64,000 nt of DNA from Acidobacteriota bacterium (GTDB lineage: Bacteria > Acidobacteriota > Thermoanaerobaculia > Multivoradales > UBA5704): NCBI GenBank assembly GCA_040005235.1, contig JBDTZG010000020.1:1-64000 (forward strand), read 5' to 3'. A program made the translations under genes and the position numbers. The notes under the pieces are model-generated. The model ran no database searches. It saw nothing but the letters and a program-made list of their open reading frames with translations, and had not been told where the DNA came from. Below are positions 46,946 through 64,000 of the stretch, one piece after another (position 1 is the first letter of the stretch; every line of letters starts with the position of its first letter).

Positions 46946-48538
46946 ATGAGTACCAGCCTCGACGATGCGCTCCTCAGGCGCCTCGCGCTCCATTACAAAC
47001 TGGCCACGGAAGACCAGCTTCAGGGGGCTCGACAGCACCAGGAGGCGACCGGGAACGACCTCGGGTCGGCGCTCATGGCGCTCGGAGTGCTCTCGCCGCA
47101 GCGTTTGGCGCAGCTCGAAGCGGCGCGCTCCGAGGTGCAGAAGCGCCAAGGTGCCCCCCCCTCCGGTCCGCCGCCCACGGCACCCGTTGCAACCCCCGCG
47201 CAAATCTCGGTTCTCACCGCGGAGAACCCCCGCTCGGCAGTTCCGGTGCCTTCTCCCGTCTCTCCCGCTTCCGCGCCCGGACATCCTGAGGCGATTCCAA
47301 CGGCCCCCCCCGCGCCGCTCCCTGCGCTCGAACCGGCGGTCGCGAACACCTCCCCCGCCAAGCCGATGTCAGCCCCTGCTCCTGTTCCTGCTCCAATTCC
47401 GACCCAGACTCCGACCCCGGCGAAAACGACGCCTCCGCCCGCCGAGCCGCGATCCGTTCCTCGCCTCGAACGGATTCTCTCTTTCGGGCTGAGTCAGGGC
47501 GCAAGCGACATCCACTTCCACAGCGGCGCGCCGATCCGCTACCGCCGCCACGGCCGGATGATCGAAGCGGAGGGCCAATCGGCCGACCCGAAGATGGCCG
47601 CCGCCGCGATCGCGGAGATCCTGTCGCCGACGGAGAGCGAGATCCTGGAGCGCACCGGCCAGGTCGACCTGGCGTACAACGCGCCCGGGCTCGGCCGTTT
47701 CCGGACCAACGTCTATCGCCAGGCTCGCGGCACCGACGCCGTGTTTCGCGTCATCCCTCCCGAACCGCCAACGCTCGAATCGCTCGGTATGCCCGCGTCG
47801 CTCGCGAAACTTGCCGACTACCACCAAGGGCTGGTGCTGGTTACCGGCCCGGCCGGGTGCGGCAAATCGGCGACCCTCGCCGCGTTGGTCCACCAGATCA
47901 ACGCTTCGCGTCGCGATCACATCATTACGATCGAAGATCCGATCGAAATCATCCATCCCTCGCTCTCCTGCGTGGTCAACCAGCGCCAGGTAGGCAATCA
48001 CACGCAGTCGTTCGCGCGCGCGCTGCGCGCCGCGCTGCGCGAAGATCCGGACGTGATCGCGATCGGCGAGCTGCGCGACCTGGAAACCATTTCGCTCGCG
48101 ATCACCGCCGCCGAGACCGGCCATTTGGTGCTCGCGACACTCCACACGTCGAGCGCCATCCGGACAATCAACCGGATCTTGGGCGTCTTCCCCCCGAACC
48201 AGCAGGAACAGATTCGCACCATGCTTTCCGAATCGCTGCGCGCCGTGATCTCCCAGCGCCTGGTCGCGCGGGCCGACGGCACCGGCCGGGTACCTGCGCT
48301 CGAAATCCTGATCGCGACCAAAGCGGTGGGCAACTTAATCCGCGAGAACAAGACGTTTCAGCTCAAGTCGGTGCTCCAGACCGGCAGTACCCACGGCATG
48401 TTCCTGCTCGACTACTCGCTCGCCGAGCTGGTGAAGTCCGGTGTGATCACGAAGGAAGAGGGCCTCCGCCACGCCGAAGATCCGGCGAAATTCATGCTGC
48501 CGCCGCCTCCCGTGATGCCCGGGGAAGGACCCCGCTGA
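46946..48538 (+). CDS. pilT: PilT/PilU type IV pilus ATPase with N-terminal MshEN-like domain and Pro-rich linker
   Basis: GASDIHF, GPAGCGKSAT, ITIEDPIE, ALREDPDVIAIGELRD, AAETGHLV, AVGNLIRE. Confidence 0.9.
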   Translation: MSTSLDDALLRRLALHYKLATEDQLQGARQHQEATGNDLGSALMALGVLSPQRLAQLEAARSEVQKRQGAPPSGPPPTAPVATPAQISVLTAENPRSAVPVPSPVSPASAPGHPEAIPTAPPAPLPALEPAVANTSPAKPMSAPAPVPAPIPTQTPTPAKTTPPPAEPRSVPRLERILSFGLSQGASDIHFHSGAPIRYRRHGRMIEAEGQSADPKMAAAAIAEILSPTESEILERTGQVDLAYNAPGLGRFRTNVYRQARGTDAVFRVIPPEPPTLESLGMPASLAKLADYHQGLVLVTGPAGCGKSATLAALVHQINASRRDHIITIEDPIEIIHPSLSCVVNQRQVGNHTQSFARALRAALREDPDVIAIGELRDLETISLAITAAETGHLVLATLHTSSAIRTINRILGVFPPNQQEQIRTMLSESLRAVISQRLVARADGTGRVPALEILIATKAVGNLIRENKTFQLKSVLQTGSTHGMFLLDYSLAELVKSGVITKEEGLRHAEDPAKFMLPPPPVMPGEGPR

Positions 48539-49602
48539 TGGCGCGCCTTCACGAACTGTTCCACCTGTTGCGCGACAGCGGCGGTTCGGACCTCCACATG
48601 GCGGCGGGGCTCGAACCGCGACTGCGGCTTCACGGTTCGCTCCAGTCGATCGAAGGTTGGCCGGTGCTCGACCACGCCGCGCTCCTCTCCCTTCTACGCG
48701 AGATCGCGACCGAACTTCAGTGGCAGAGCTATCTCGATTGCGGCGATCTCGACTTCGCCTATGGGCTCGAAGGGATCGCCCGCTTCCGTTGTAACTTCCT
48801 AATGCAGGGCAATGGCGCCGCCGCGGTGTTCCGGATCATCCCGGAGGAAATCGTCTCGCTCGAAAAGCTGAACCTGCCTCCAGCGATCGAGGCGCTTGCC
48901 CATCTGCACCAGGGTCTCGTCCTGGTGACCGGACCGACCGGCTCGGGCAAATCGACGACGCTCGCCGGGATCATCGACAAGATCAACTCGACGTACCCCA
49001 AGCACGTGGTGACGATCGAAGATCCAATCGAGTTCGTACACAAAAACCGCCGCTGCCTGTTCTCCCAGCGCGAGGTGGGTACCGACACCGAGAGTTTCGC
49101 CTCCGCGCTTCGCTCGGCGATCCGCCAGGATGCGGACGTGGTCCTGGTCGGCGAAATGCGAGATCTCGAAACGATCGCTTTGGCGATTACCGCGGCCGAG
49201 ATGGGCTCTCTTGTGTTCGGAACGCTTCATACCAACGGTGCCGCCAACACGATCGACCGCCTGATCGACGCCTTCCCCGCCGACGAACAGGCGCAAGTCC
49301 GCACCACCCTCTCCGAATCCCTCGCCGCGGTCGTCTCCCAGCTGCTCTTGAAAACCGCCGACGGCCAGGGCCGGATCGCCGTGAACGAGATCCTGCTCAA
49401 GACCCCCGGTCTGCCGAACATCATCCGCGAAGGGAACACGCCGATGATCGCAACGATCATCCAGGGCGGAAAGTCCCAGGGCATGCAGCGGATGGACGAC
49501 GCCCTCCTCGCCCTCGTGCAGCAGAAGAAGATCACCCCCCGCGACGCCTACATGAAGGCGGGGGACAAGCAGCGCTTCGAACTGATGATCGAGGACGAGT
49601 AG
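48538..49602 (+). CDS. pilT: PilT type IV pilus retraction ATPase
   Basis: GGSDLHM, GPTGSGKSTT, TIEDPIEF, VGEMRDLE, GTLHT; TGATG coupling to the upstream gene. Confidence 0.92.
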   Translation: MARLHELFHLLRDSGGSDLHMAAGLEPRLRLHGSLQSIEGWPVLDHAALLSLLREIATELQWQSYLDCGDLDFAYGLEGIARFRCNFLMQGNGAAAVFRIIPEEIVSLEKLNLPPAIEALAHLHQGLVLVTGPTGSGKSTTLAGIIDKINSTYPKHVVTIEDPIEFVHKNRRCLFSQREVGTDTESFASALRSAIRQDADVVLVGEMRDLETIALAITAAEMGSLVFGTLHTNGAANTIDRLIDAFPADEQAQVRTTLSESLAAVVSQLLLKTADGQGRIAVNEILLKTPGLPNIIREGNTPMIATIIQGGKSQGMQRMDDALLALVQQKKITPRDAYMKAGDKQRFELMIEDE

Positions 49603-49611
49603 GGGCTTTTG

Positions 49612-51390
49612 CTAGGCACCCTCACGCATGAGTCGCTCAAGCGCTCCGCGCGATGTCGGGATCTCGACCCGCTCCCCTACTCTCGGCAAAGGGAACGGCG
49701 CGTAGCCCTCTCCCTTCCAGATCAAAAAGCGAAGCGACGGATCTTCGAGTGGCCGATCGAAGACGAACTCTGCGTAGGATGGCGCGCCGTCTAGCGTCAC
49801 ACCCAGGACCTGAACCGAAACACCCGGCAGATCGACCCGGTCTCCAGCCCGTAGCGGGCGCGTCTCGCTACGAAACAGGCGGCCGAGGGGACCTCGAAAG
49901 AACCCTTCAGGCGAGGAGAGTCGGAGCGTTCGGCCATCCAGGCGATCCACCGAAAGGGCCACCGGCCCGGCCGCCAGACCGCGTACGCGATGCGGCAGTG
50001 CCCGATGCTGGTATTGAAGGATCGAGGGCACGTAGCTCAAGTTCATCAAGTAGTCAGGCGGATTGAGCACGTAAACGTCCTGGAGAGCGATCTCGGGAGG
50101 CGTTGGAAAACTCTCCACCGCGGCGAGCACCAGATCACCGATCTGGCGCGGGGACGTCGCGTAGAACGGAGCGGCCACGATTTCGAGGGGCAGGTGGAAA
50201 ATCAGCAGGGTGACGAGCCCGGCGGTCGCCCATCGATTTGCGGTTCTCCGCCCGGCGAGCAGGGCAACCAGGCCGAGCGCGCCGAAGCTCACAAACAGAA
50301 GTAGGCGATTCGAGGCGGTGGTGGCCGCTGACGGGACCAGCGAGAGCAGCATTCCCAGAGCGAAGAAGCGAGCCGCCCGATCGCCCCGCAGGAGGGGCGA
50401 GAACAGAAAGCCCAGCAGGATCGCGAGAGTCACTCCGACCAGGGCAAAGAGTCGTGCTTGACCGGGGAACGCGCTGACGGCGTCGGCCGGGAACGGAGTC
50501 CAGGTACCGATCCAGAGCGCAGGCAGATGATTCCAAAGGGCGCCCAAGAAGCGCAATGGCTCGGAACCCGGATCGACGTAGAGGCCCGATCCGCGGGCGC
50601 CGAAACCGCCGAGCTTGTAGTACACCACCCAGGCACCGAGCCCCAATAGAACAGGACCGAGTGAAGCGAGTCTTCGGGTGAGCGGTCCTTCTTCGAGGGT
50701 GAGCGCGTAGGCCAACAGGAACGCCGCGGAACCGAGCGCAATCTCGGCCGAGAGGAGTCCGAGCACCAGGAGTACCGGCGCGAGAAGCGCTCCCGCTCGC
50801 CATCCGTCTCGACGCCATCGATCGTGGGCAACGAGAGCGAGCAGGCCAAACGTCCCGCCAATCAGAGCATTCCGATTCGCGAGCCAGGCGGCGGGCAGGG
50901 CGTGCGAATTGTCGAGCGCGAACAGGAGCGCTGCGAGGCCGCCGACCCAAACGGGTAAGCCTGGATCGCGCCCCAAGATCCGGCGATAGGCAAATCCGGC
51001 GGCGAGCACCAGTCCCGCGAGCCAGGCCAGGCTCTGGAGGTGCATCAGCATCGGCATATCGGGCCAAAGCTGAAAGTCGAGCCAGTGAGTCGCCGCCGAG
51101 AGCGGCCGGCAAAGCGCAAACTTGAGATCTGGCGCCGACCACCAGGGGGTGAATCCGAGATCCCGGAACTTCGCGTTCGTGGCTGCCGAACCGTCCACCG
51201 AAGCGAAGGCGTTCAGCGGATGGATATTGATCTCGGTTTGCCCAAGCCAAATCAGCCGCTGCGGGAAATCGTCGAGCTGGAACCCAAGCTGGAGCGAAGG
51301 GAGCATCAGGAAAGCGGAAAACAGCGCCGCGAACCAAGGCCACCGCGGCGCGGCGAGGCCGCGGAGCAGGCGGGCGAGAAGGTTTCTCAT
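49612..51390 (-). CDS. Polytopic membrane protein (GT-C glycosyltransferase-like)
   Basis: GFQLDDF early loop, RPLSAATHWLD, WLANRN, LLSAE, many TM segments. Confidence 0.7.
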   Translation of the reverse strand: MRNLLARLLRGLAAPRWPWFAALFSAFLMLPSLQLGFQLDDFPQRLIWLGQTEINIHPLNAFASVDGSAATNAKFRDLGFTPWWSAPDLKFALCRPLSAATHWLDFQLWPDMPMLMHLQSLAWLAGLVLAAGFAYRRILGRDPGLPVWVGGLAALLFALDNSHALPAAWLANRNALIGGTFGLLALVAHDRWRRDGWRAGALLAPVLLVLGLLSAEIALGSAAFLLAYALTLEEGPLTRRLASLGPVLLGLGAWVVYYKLGGFGARGSGLYVDPGSEPLRFLGALWNHLPALWIGTWTPFPADAVSAFPGQARLFALVGVTLAILLGFLFSPLLRGDRAARFFALGMLLSLVPSAATTASNRLLLFVSFGALGLVALLAGRRTANRWATAGLVTLLIFHLPLEIVAAPFYATSPRQIGDLVLAAVESFPTPPEIALQDVYVLNPPDYLMNLSYVPSILQYQHRALPHRVRGLAAGPVALSVDRLDGRTLRLSSPEGFFRGPLGRLFRSETRPLRAGDRVDLPGVSVQVLGVTLDGAPSYAEFVFDRPLEDPSLRFLIWKGEGYAPFPLPRVGERVEIPTSRGALERLMREGA

Positions 51391-51420
51391 GCTTCGCGAC
51401 TCCTGACGACCTCATCTACG

Positions 51421-51451
51421 AAAAACGGCCGGCCCTCGCGGGCCGGCCGTC
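51421..51451 (-). terminator. Intrinsic terminator of the rpoBC operon
   Basis: ACGGCCGGCCC-GCGA-GGGCCGGCCGT followed by TTTT on the minus strand. Confidence 0.8.
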
Positions 51452-51478
51452 GTGTTTCTCATGAAGCGAACCGAGAGC

Positions 51479-55657
<4,179 letters not shown>

Positions 55658-55674
55658 TTGTAGACCTCCCTTCC

Positions 55675-59967
<4,293 letters not shown>

Positions 59968-60340
59968 GGCTGGTCCTTGCTAACTCCGTAGTCCGAGCTG
60001 CTGGTCCGCGGCGTAGGGTGCGGTGACTTGTCTGTGCAACGGGCTCAATGTGAGTGCTGTCGAGCGCACCGAAGAAATCCTCGGAACTCCCGGGAAAGCA
60101 GAAGACACCATGCCCTCTCCATCGAAATTCCTCGATGGTTCAGCGGGCATGGTGTAGTTCGTTTCCAACGGAGGTCTGTTCAGATCGATTCGTCGGCCCT
60201 CCCCGCGGTAAGGAAGCAAACGCCGAGGCTTAAGCTTCGGCGGGAACTGCGCTCACCGGCGGGTCGCTAGAAACTGCCGTTGCAACGCTTGTTTGAGCGT
60301 GTGTCGCGCGCTCCAACGAAAAGAGCGCGCGGCGGACGAG

Positions 60341-60718
60341 CTACTTGACCTCGACCTTCGCTCCAGCATCTTCGAACTTCTTCTTGATCGTCGCGCCCTC
60401 TTCCTTCGAGACCCCTTCCTTGATCGTCGAAGGAGCGGCCTCGACGAGGTCCTTGGCTTCCTTGAGACCGAGGCTCGTCACTTCGCGGACGGCCTTGATG
60501 ACGTTGATCTTGTTCGCGCCGAAGTCCTTGAGGACGACGGTGAACTCGGTCTGCTCTTCAACCGGAGCCGCCGCAGCCGCCGGACCGGCCGCAGCCGCCG
60601 GAGCCGCCGCAGCCGCGGACACGCCATAGTGATCTTCGAGCGCCTTGACCAGGTTGTTCAGTTCGAGGACGGTCAGATCGTCGATCTGCTTGATGAAATC
60701 TTCGGTCGCAATGGCCAT
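60341..60718 (-). CDS. rplL: 50S ribosomal protein L7/L12
   Basis: [31 protein letters not shown]. Confidence 0.98.
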   Translation of the reverse strand: MAIATEDFIKQIDDLTVLELNNLVKALEDHYGVSAAAAAPAAAAGPAAAAAPVEEQTEFTVVLKDFGANKINVIKAVREVTSLGLKEAKDLVEAAPSTIKEGVSKEEGATIKKKFEDAGAKVEVK

Positions 60719-60766
60719 TTTCTTCTCCTTCCAGGACTTTTCAGTCTCTTTAAGAACGTATCGAAT

Positions 60767-61306
60767 CTAGAGGGCAGCGCCCTGCTCTTCTTTTTTCTTC
60801 GCGACCTGATCGAGCACCACGACGAAGCTCTGCGGCACCGCGGCGAGGGTCCGGACGAACCGGGCGATCGGCGACTGGAGCAGGAACAGAAGCTTCGAGA
60901 GCAGCGCCTCGCGGCTCGGCAGCTCGGCGATGGCTTTGATCTGGTCGGCCTGAATCTGCTGGCCTTCGACCAGACCGGCCTTGAACTCGAGGACCGGCGC
61001 GGTCTTCGCGAAATCGGTCAGCGCCTTGGCGAGGGCGACCGGATCTTTCAAACAGTACGCCACCGCGGTCGGGCCGACGAAGTGCTGCTTGAGGTCGGCG
61101 AGCTGGCCCCCCTCGATCGCGCGCAGGGCCAGGGTGTTCTTTACCACCAGATAGTGGCCCCCGCTCTGGCGAATCTTTTCGCGGAGCTCCGTCACCTGCG
61201 GAACGCTGATGCCCTTGTAGCCCAGGAGGAAGGCATGCGGCGCGGCCGCCAAGCCCTCCGTATAGTCCTGGATCATCTCTTCTTTGACATTACGTGTGAG
61301 CGGCAT
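60767..61306 (-). CDS. rplJ: 50S ribosomal protein L10
   Basis: YLVVKNTLALRA, GPTAVAY, LPSREALL. Confidence 0.97.
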   Translation of the reverse strand: MPLTRNVKEEMIQDYTEGLAAAPHAFLLGYKGISVPQVTELREKIRQSGGHYLVVKNTLALRAIEGGQLADLKQHFVGPTAVAYCLKDPVALAKALTDFAKTAPVLEFKAGLVEGQQIQADQIKAIAELPSREALLSKLLFLLQSPIARFVRTLAAVPQSFVVVLDQVAKKKEEQGAAL

Positions 61307-61317
61307 CGTTCCCTCTC

Positions 61318-62022
61318 CTAGGCTTCGGCAGCACCGGTCATTCCAGTTTCGTCCACGCGAATTCCAGGGCCCATGGTCGAGGAAAGGCTCACTGACTTCA
61401 CGTACTTACCCTTGGCCGCGGCGGGCTTCGCCTTGATCACAGCGCCAATGAAGGCGTGGGCGTTGTCCGCCAGCTGCTCCTCGGAAAACGAGAGCTTGCC
61501 GAGCGGCGCGTGGATGATCCCGGTCTTTTCGACCCGGAACTCGACCTTGCCGGCCTTGATCTCTTCGACCGCCTTGGCCACGTCCATCGAGACCGTGCCG
61601 GCCTTCGGGTTGGGCATCAGGCCGCGGGGCCCAAGCACCTTACCCAGACGACCGACGACGCGCATCATGTCCGGGGTCGCGACCACCGCGTCGAAATCGA
61701 GCCAACCGCCCTCGATCCGCTTCGCGAGATCGTCGCCACCGACGTAATCCGCGCCTGCGGCCTCGGCCTCGCGCAGCTTCTCGCCGCTCGCGAACACCAG
61801 GACTTTCGCGGTTTTGCCTAGACCGTGCGGCAGGACGACCGTGCCGCGGACCATCTGGTCGGCGTGCTTGGGATCGACGCCCAGCCGCATGGCGATCTCG
61901 AGCGTTTCGTCGAACTTGGCGAACGCGACTTCCTTGGCGATATGTACCGCTTGGTCCAGCGGATGCGCCTGCTGGTCCACCTTCTGCGACGACTGTGAGT
62001 ACTTCTTTCCGTGCTTCGCCAC
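61318..62022 (-). CDS. rplA: 50S ribosomal protein L1
   Basis: [38 protein letters not shown]. Confidence 0.98.
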   Translation of the reverse strand: MAKHGKKYSQSSQKVDQQAHPLDQAVHIAKEVAFAKFDETLEIAMRLGVDPKHADQMVRGTVVLPHGLGKTAKVLVFASGEKLREAEAAGADYVGGDDLAKRIEGGWLDFDAVVATPDMMRVVGRLGKVLGPRGLMPNPKAGTVSMDVAKAVEEIKAGKVEFRVEKTGIIHAPLGKLSFSEEQLADNAHAFIGAVIKAKPAAAKGKYVKSVSLSSTMGPGIRVDETGMTGAAEA

Positions 62023-62053
62023 GACGCAATTCTCCCGTTTGGTCTTTAGCCGG

Positions 62054-62479
62054 CTAGCCGACGATCTCGACGCCCATCGAGCGCGCGGTTCCTTCGATGA
62101 TCCGCACCGCGGCCGCCAAGGAAGCCGCGTTCAGGTCGGGCATCTTCGCCTTCGCGATTTCCTCGACCTGGGCGGCCGTCACCGAACCCTTTTTGGTGCG
62201 GTTCGGCTCGCCCGAGCCCTTGTCGATTCCCGCGGCCTTCTTGAGCAGGATCGCCGCCGGCGGCGTCTTGGTGATGAAGGTGTAGCTGCGATCCGAATAG
62301 ACGGTGACCACCACCGGGATGATCAAACCGATCTGAGATTGCGTGCGGGCGTTGAAATTCTTCACGAAATCCATGATGTTGACGCCCGCCTGGCCCAACG
62401 CCGGGCCTACGGGCGGCGCAGGCGTGGCCTGACCTGCCGGAATCTGCAACTTGACCAGCCCTGTGACTTTCTTAGCCAT
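62054..62479 (-). CDS. rplK: 50S ribosomal protein L11
   Basis: [32 protein letters not shown]. Confidence 0.98.
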   Translation of the reverse strand: MAKKVTGLVKLQIPAGQATPAPPVGPALGQAGVNIMDFVKNFNARTQSQIGLIIPVVVTVYSDRSYTFITKTPPAAILLKKAAGIDKGSGEPNRTKKGSVTAAQVEEIAKAKMPDLNAASLAAAVRIIEGTARSMGVEIVG

Positions 62480-62495
62480 CGCTAGCGCTCCGCGC

Positions 62496-62571
62496 GAATG
62501 TCGAGTGTCGAATCAGGAATCCAGAATGTCGAAGAAAAATTTCGAGATTCTCGATTCGCAATTCGCCATTC
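62496..62571. repeat. 7-nt periodic inverted repeat between nusG and rplK
   Basis: GAATGTC-GAGTGTC-GAATCAG-GAATCCA-GAATGTC-GAA ... TTCGAGA-TTCTCGA-TTCGCAA-TTCGCCA-TTC. Confidence 0.75.
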
Positions 62572-63136
62572 AGATTTTCTGCACCTTCGAGAAATCCAGC
62601 TCGACCGGCGTTTGCCGGCCGAAGATTGTGACCATGACCTTCAGGCTGTTGCGGTCGAGATTGACCTCGTCCACCAAGCCGGTGAAATTGCTGAAGGGGC
62701 CTTCGGTAATCCGAACCTGCTCCCCTTTTTCGAAGAGATACTTCGGTTTCGGCTTTTCCTTCGCGGTCACCACCTGCTCGAGGATCTGATTGACCTCTTC
62801 TTCGGACAGCGGCGTCGGCTTCTTGCCCATGCCGACGAAGCCCGTAACCTTCGGCGTGTTCTTGACCACGTGCCACGCCGCGTCGGACATCGCCATCTCG
62901 ACCAGGATGTACCCCGGGAAAAACTTCCGCTGCGTCTCTTTCTTCTTACCGTTCTTGTACTCGACCACCGTCTCCGTGGGGATACGGATGTCCCCGAAGG
63001 CGGGCCCCATGTCGAGCGCGTCGGCACGCTGGCGCAACGTCTCCTTGACCCGCTCCTCAAACCCGGAGTAGGTATGGACGATGTACCATTTCTTGTCGAG
63101 TGCCGTTTCAGCCATGGCTTCGATCGTTTTGTTCAC
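62570..63136 (-). CDS. nusG: Transcription termination/antitermination factor NusG
   Basis: [44 protein letters not shown]. Alternative ATG at 63115. Confidence 0.98.
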   Translation of the reverse strand: MNKTIEAMAETALDKKWYIVHTYSGFEERVKETLRQRADALDMGPAFGDIRIPTETVVEYKNGKKKETQRKFFPGYILVEMAMSDAAWHVVKNTPKVTGFVGMGKKPTPLSEEEVNQILEQVVTAKEKPKPKYLFEKGEQVRITEGPFSNFTGLVDEVNLDRNSLKVMVTIFGRQTPVELDFSKVQKI

Positions 63137-63417
63137 GAGCCCAGTGCCTTGAAGAGTCCTTCATACCCGCGAAGGATCAGGAAGTCCGCCACCCACAGAT
63201 AGACGGCGAAGATGACGCTCGCGACGATGACCACGATCGTCGTGGCCACCACCTCGTCCCGCGGCGGAAACGTGACCTTCTTCATCTCCGACCGGACCTC
63301 GCCAAAAAAGACGAGGCCCTTGGCATAGTGACCCACTTTGTACAGCCACCACCCCAGCCCGGCAAGGCCGGCCACCACCACCGCTGTTACGATCCAACCG
63401 ATCTTCTCAGGCGTCAT
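63133..63417 (-). CDS. secE: Preprotein translocase subunit SecE
   Basis: EVRSEMKKVTFPPRDEV followed by a TM helix; lies between tRNA-Trp and nusG. Confidence 0.93.
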   Translation of the reverse strand: MTPEKIGWIVTAVVVAGLAGLGWWLYKVGHYAKGLVFFGEVRSEMKKVTFPPRDEVVATTIVVIVASVIFAVYLWVADFLILRGYEGLFKALGS

Positions 63418-63453
63418 TGGCGTTCTTCGACTCCACCCTCGCGAGCGGGAAAA

Positions 63454-63530
63454 TGGCAGGCCAGGAGGGATTTGAACCCCCAACCCCCGGTTTTGGAGAC
63501 CGGTGCTCTACCAGCTTGAGCTACTGGCCT
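63454..63530 (-). tRNA. trnW: tRNA-Trp (CCA)
   Basis: AGGCCAG acceptor stem, TAGCTCAA D arm, CCGGT-CTCCAAA-ACCGG anticodon arm, GGTTCAAATCC T arm, encoded CCA end. Confidence 0.97.
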
Positions 63531-63552
63531 TCGCCCCTGACTTCTCGTAATT

Positions 63553-63999
63553 TCAAGCCAGAATCTCGGTGACGGTACCGGCACCGACCGTGCGTCCACC
63601 CTCGCGAATCGCGAAGCGAACGCCTTTTTCCATTGCGATCGGAGCGATCAGCGTGATCTCCAGGTTGATGTTGTCCCCGGGCATCACCATCTCCGTTCCC
63701 GCCGGCAGGGTCGCGACACCCGTCACGTCCGTCGTGCGGAAGTAGAGCTGAGGACGGTAACCATTGAAGAACGGCGTGTGACGACCGCCCTCCTCCTTGG
63801 TCAACACGTACACCTCGCCCTTGAACTTCGTGTGCGGCTTGATCGACCCCGGCTTCGCCAGTACCTGACCCCGCTCCACGTCGTCCTTCTTCGTGCCGCG
63901 CAGCAGAACGCCGACGTTGTCGCCCGCCTGACCTTGATCCAGTAGCTTCCGGAACATCTCGACGCCCGTCACGATCGACTTGGCCGTGTCGCGAATGCC
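63553..63999 (-). CDS. tuf: Elongation factor Tu (3' part; continues beyond the window)
   Basis: [38 protein letters not shown]. Confidence 0.99.
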   Translation of the reverse strand, partial: GIRDTAKSIVTGVEMFRKLLDQGQAGDNVGVLLRGTKKDDVERGQVLAKPGSIKPHTKFKGEVYVLTKEEGGRHTPFFNGYRPQLYFRTTDVTGVATLPAGTEMVMPGDNINLEITLIAPIAMEKGVRFAIREGGRTVGAGTVTEILA

Positions 64000-64000
64000 C

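Overview
GC-rich bacterial chromosomal window, most consistent with Acidobacteriota (Thermoanaerobaculia-like). The evidence is two duplicated orphan ABC permeases (one with a PadR partner), tandem secreted proteins ending in a repeated '...FWVYxGGL...SRADRxAF' domain, and a Zn-ribbon insert in RpoB; this assignment is inference from family recognition. The right end (51.5-64 kb, minus strand) is the core tuf-tRNA(Trp)-secE-nusG-rplKAJL-rpoBC cluster. The rest mixes housekeeping genes (yhbY, sdaA, ferritin, trxB, pabB/pabC, two pilT) with accessory material: a low-GC PD-(D/E)xK nuclease, two Uma2 nucleases, a small protein/nucleotidyltransferase pair, an AAA-DUF4143 ATPase and a STAND-like ATPase + TPR pair. 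The most notable signals not explained by the ORF track are: (i) a 57-aa Cys/Thr-rich RiPP (lanthipeptide-like) precursor with strong RBS and terminator but no modifying enzymes nearby (18147-18320); (ii) three intergenic 21-nt-period arrays, two flanked by the same 45-nt motif; (iii) a decayed fourth paralog in the secreted-protein array; (iv) at least six genes with TANNNT exactly 6 nt before the start codon (leaderless transcription); (v) a REP element beside an IS200/RAYT transposase remnant. All family calls come from motif recognition by eye; no searches were run.
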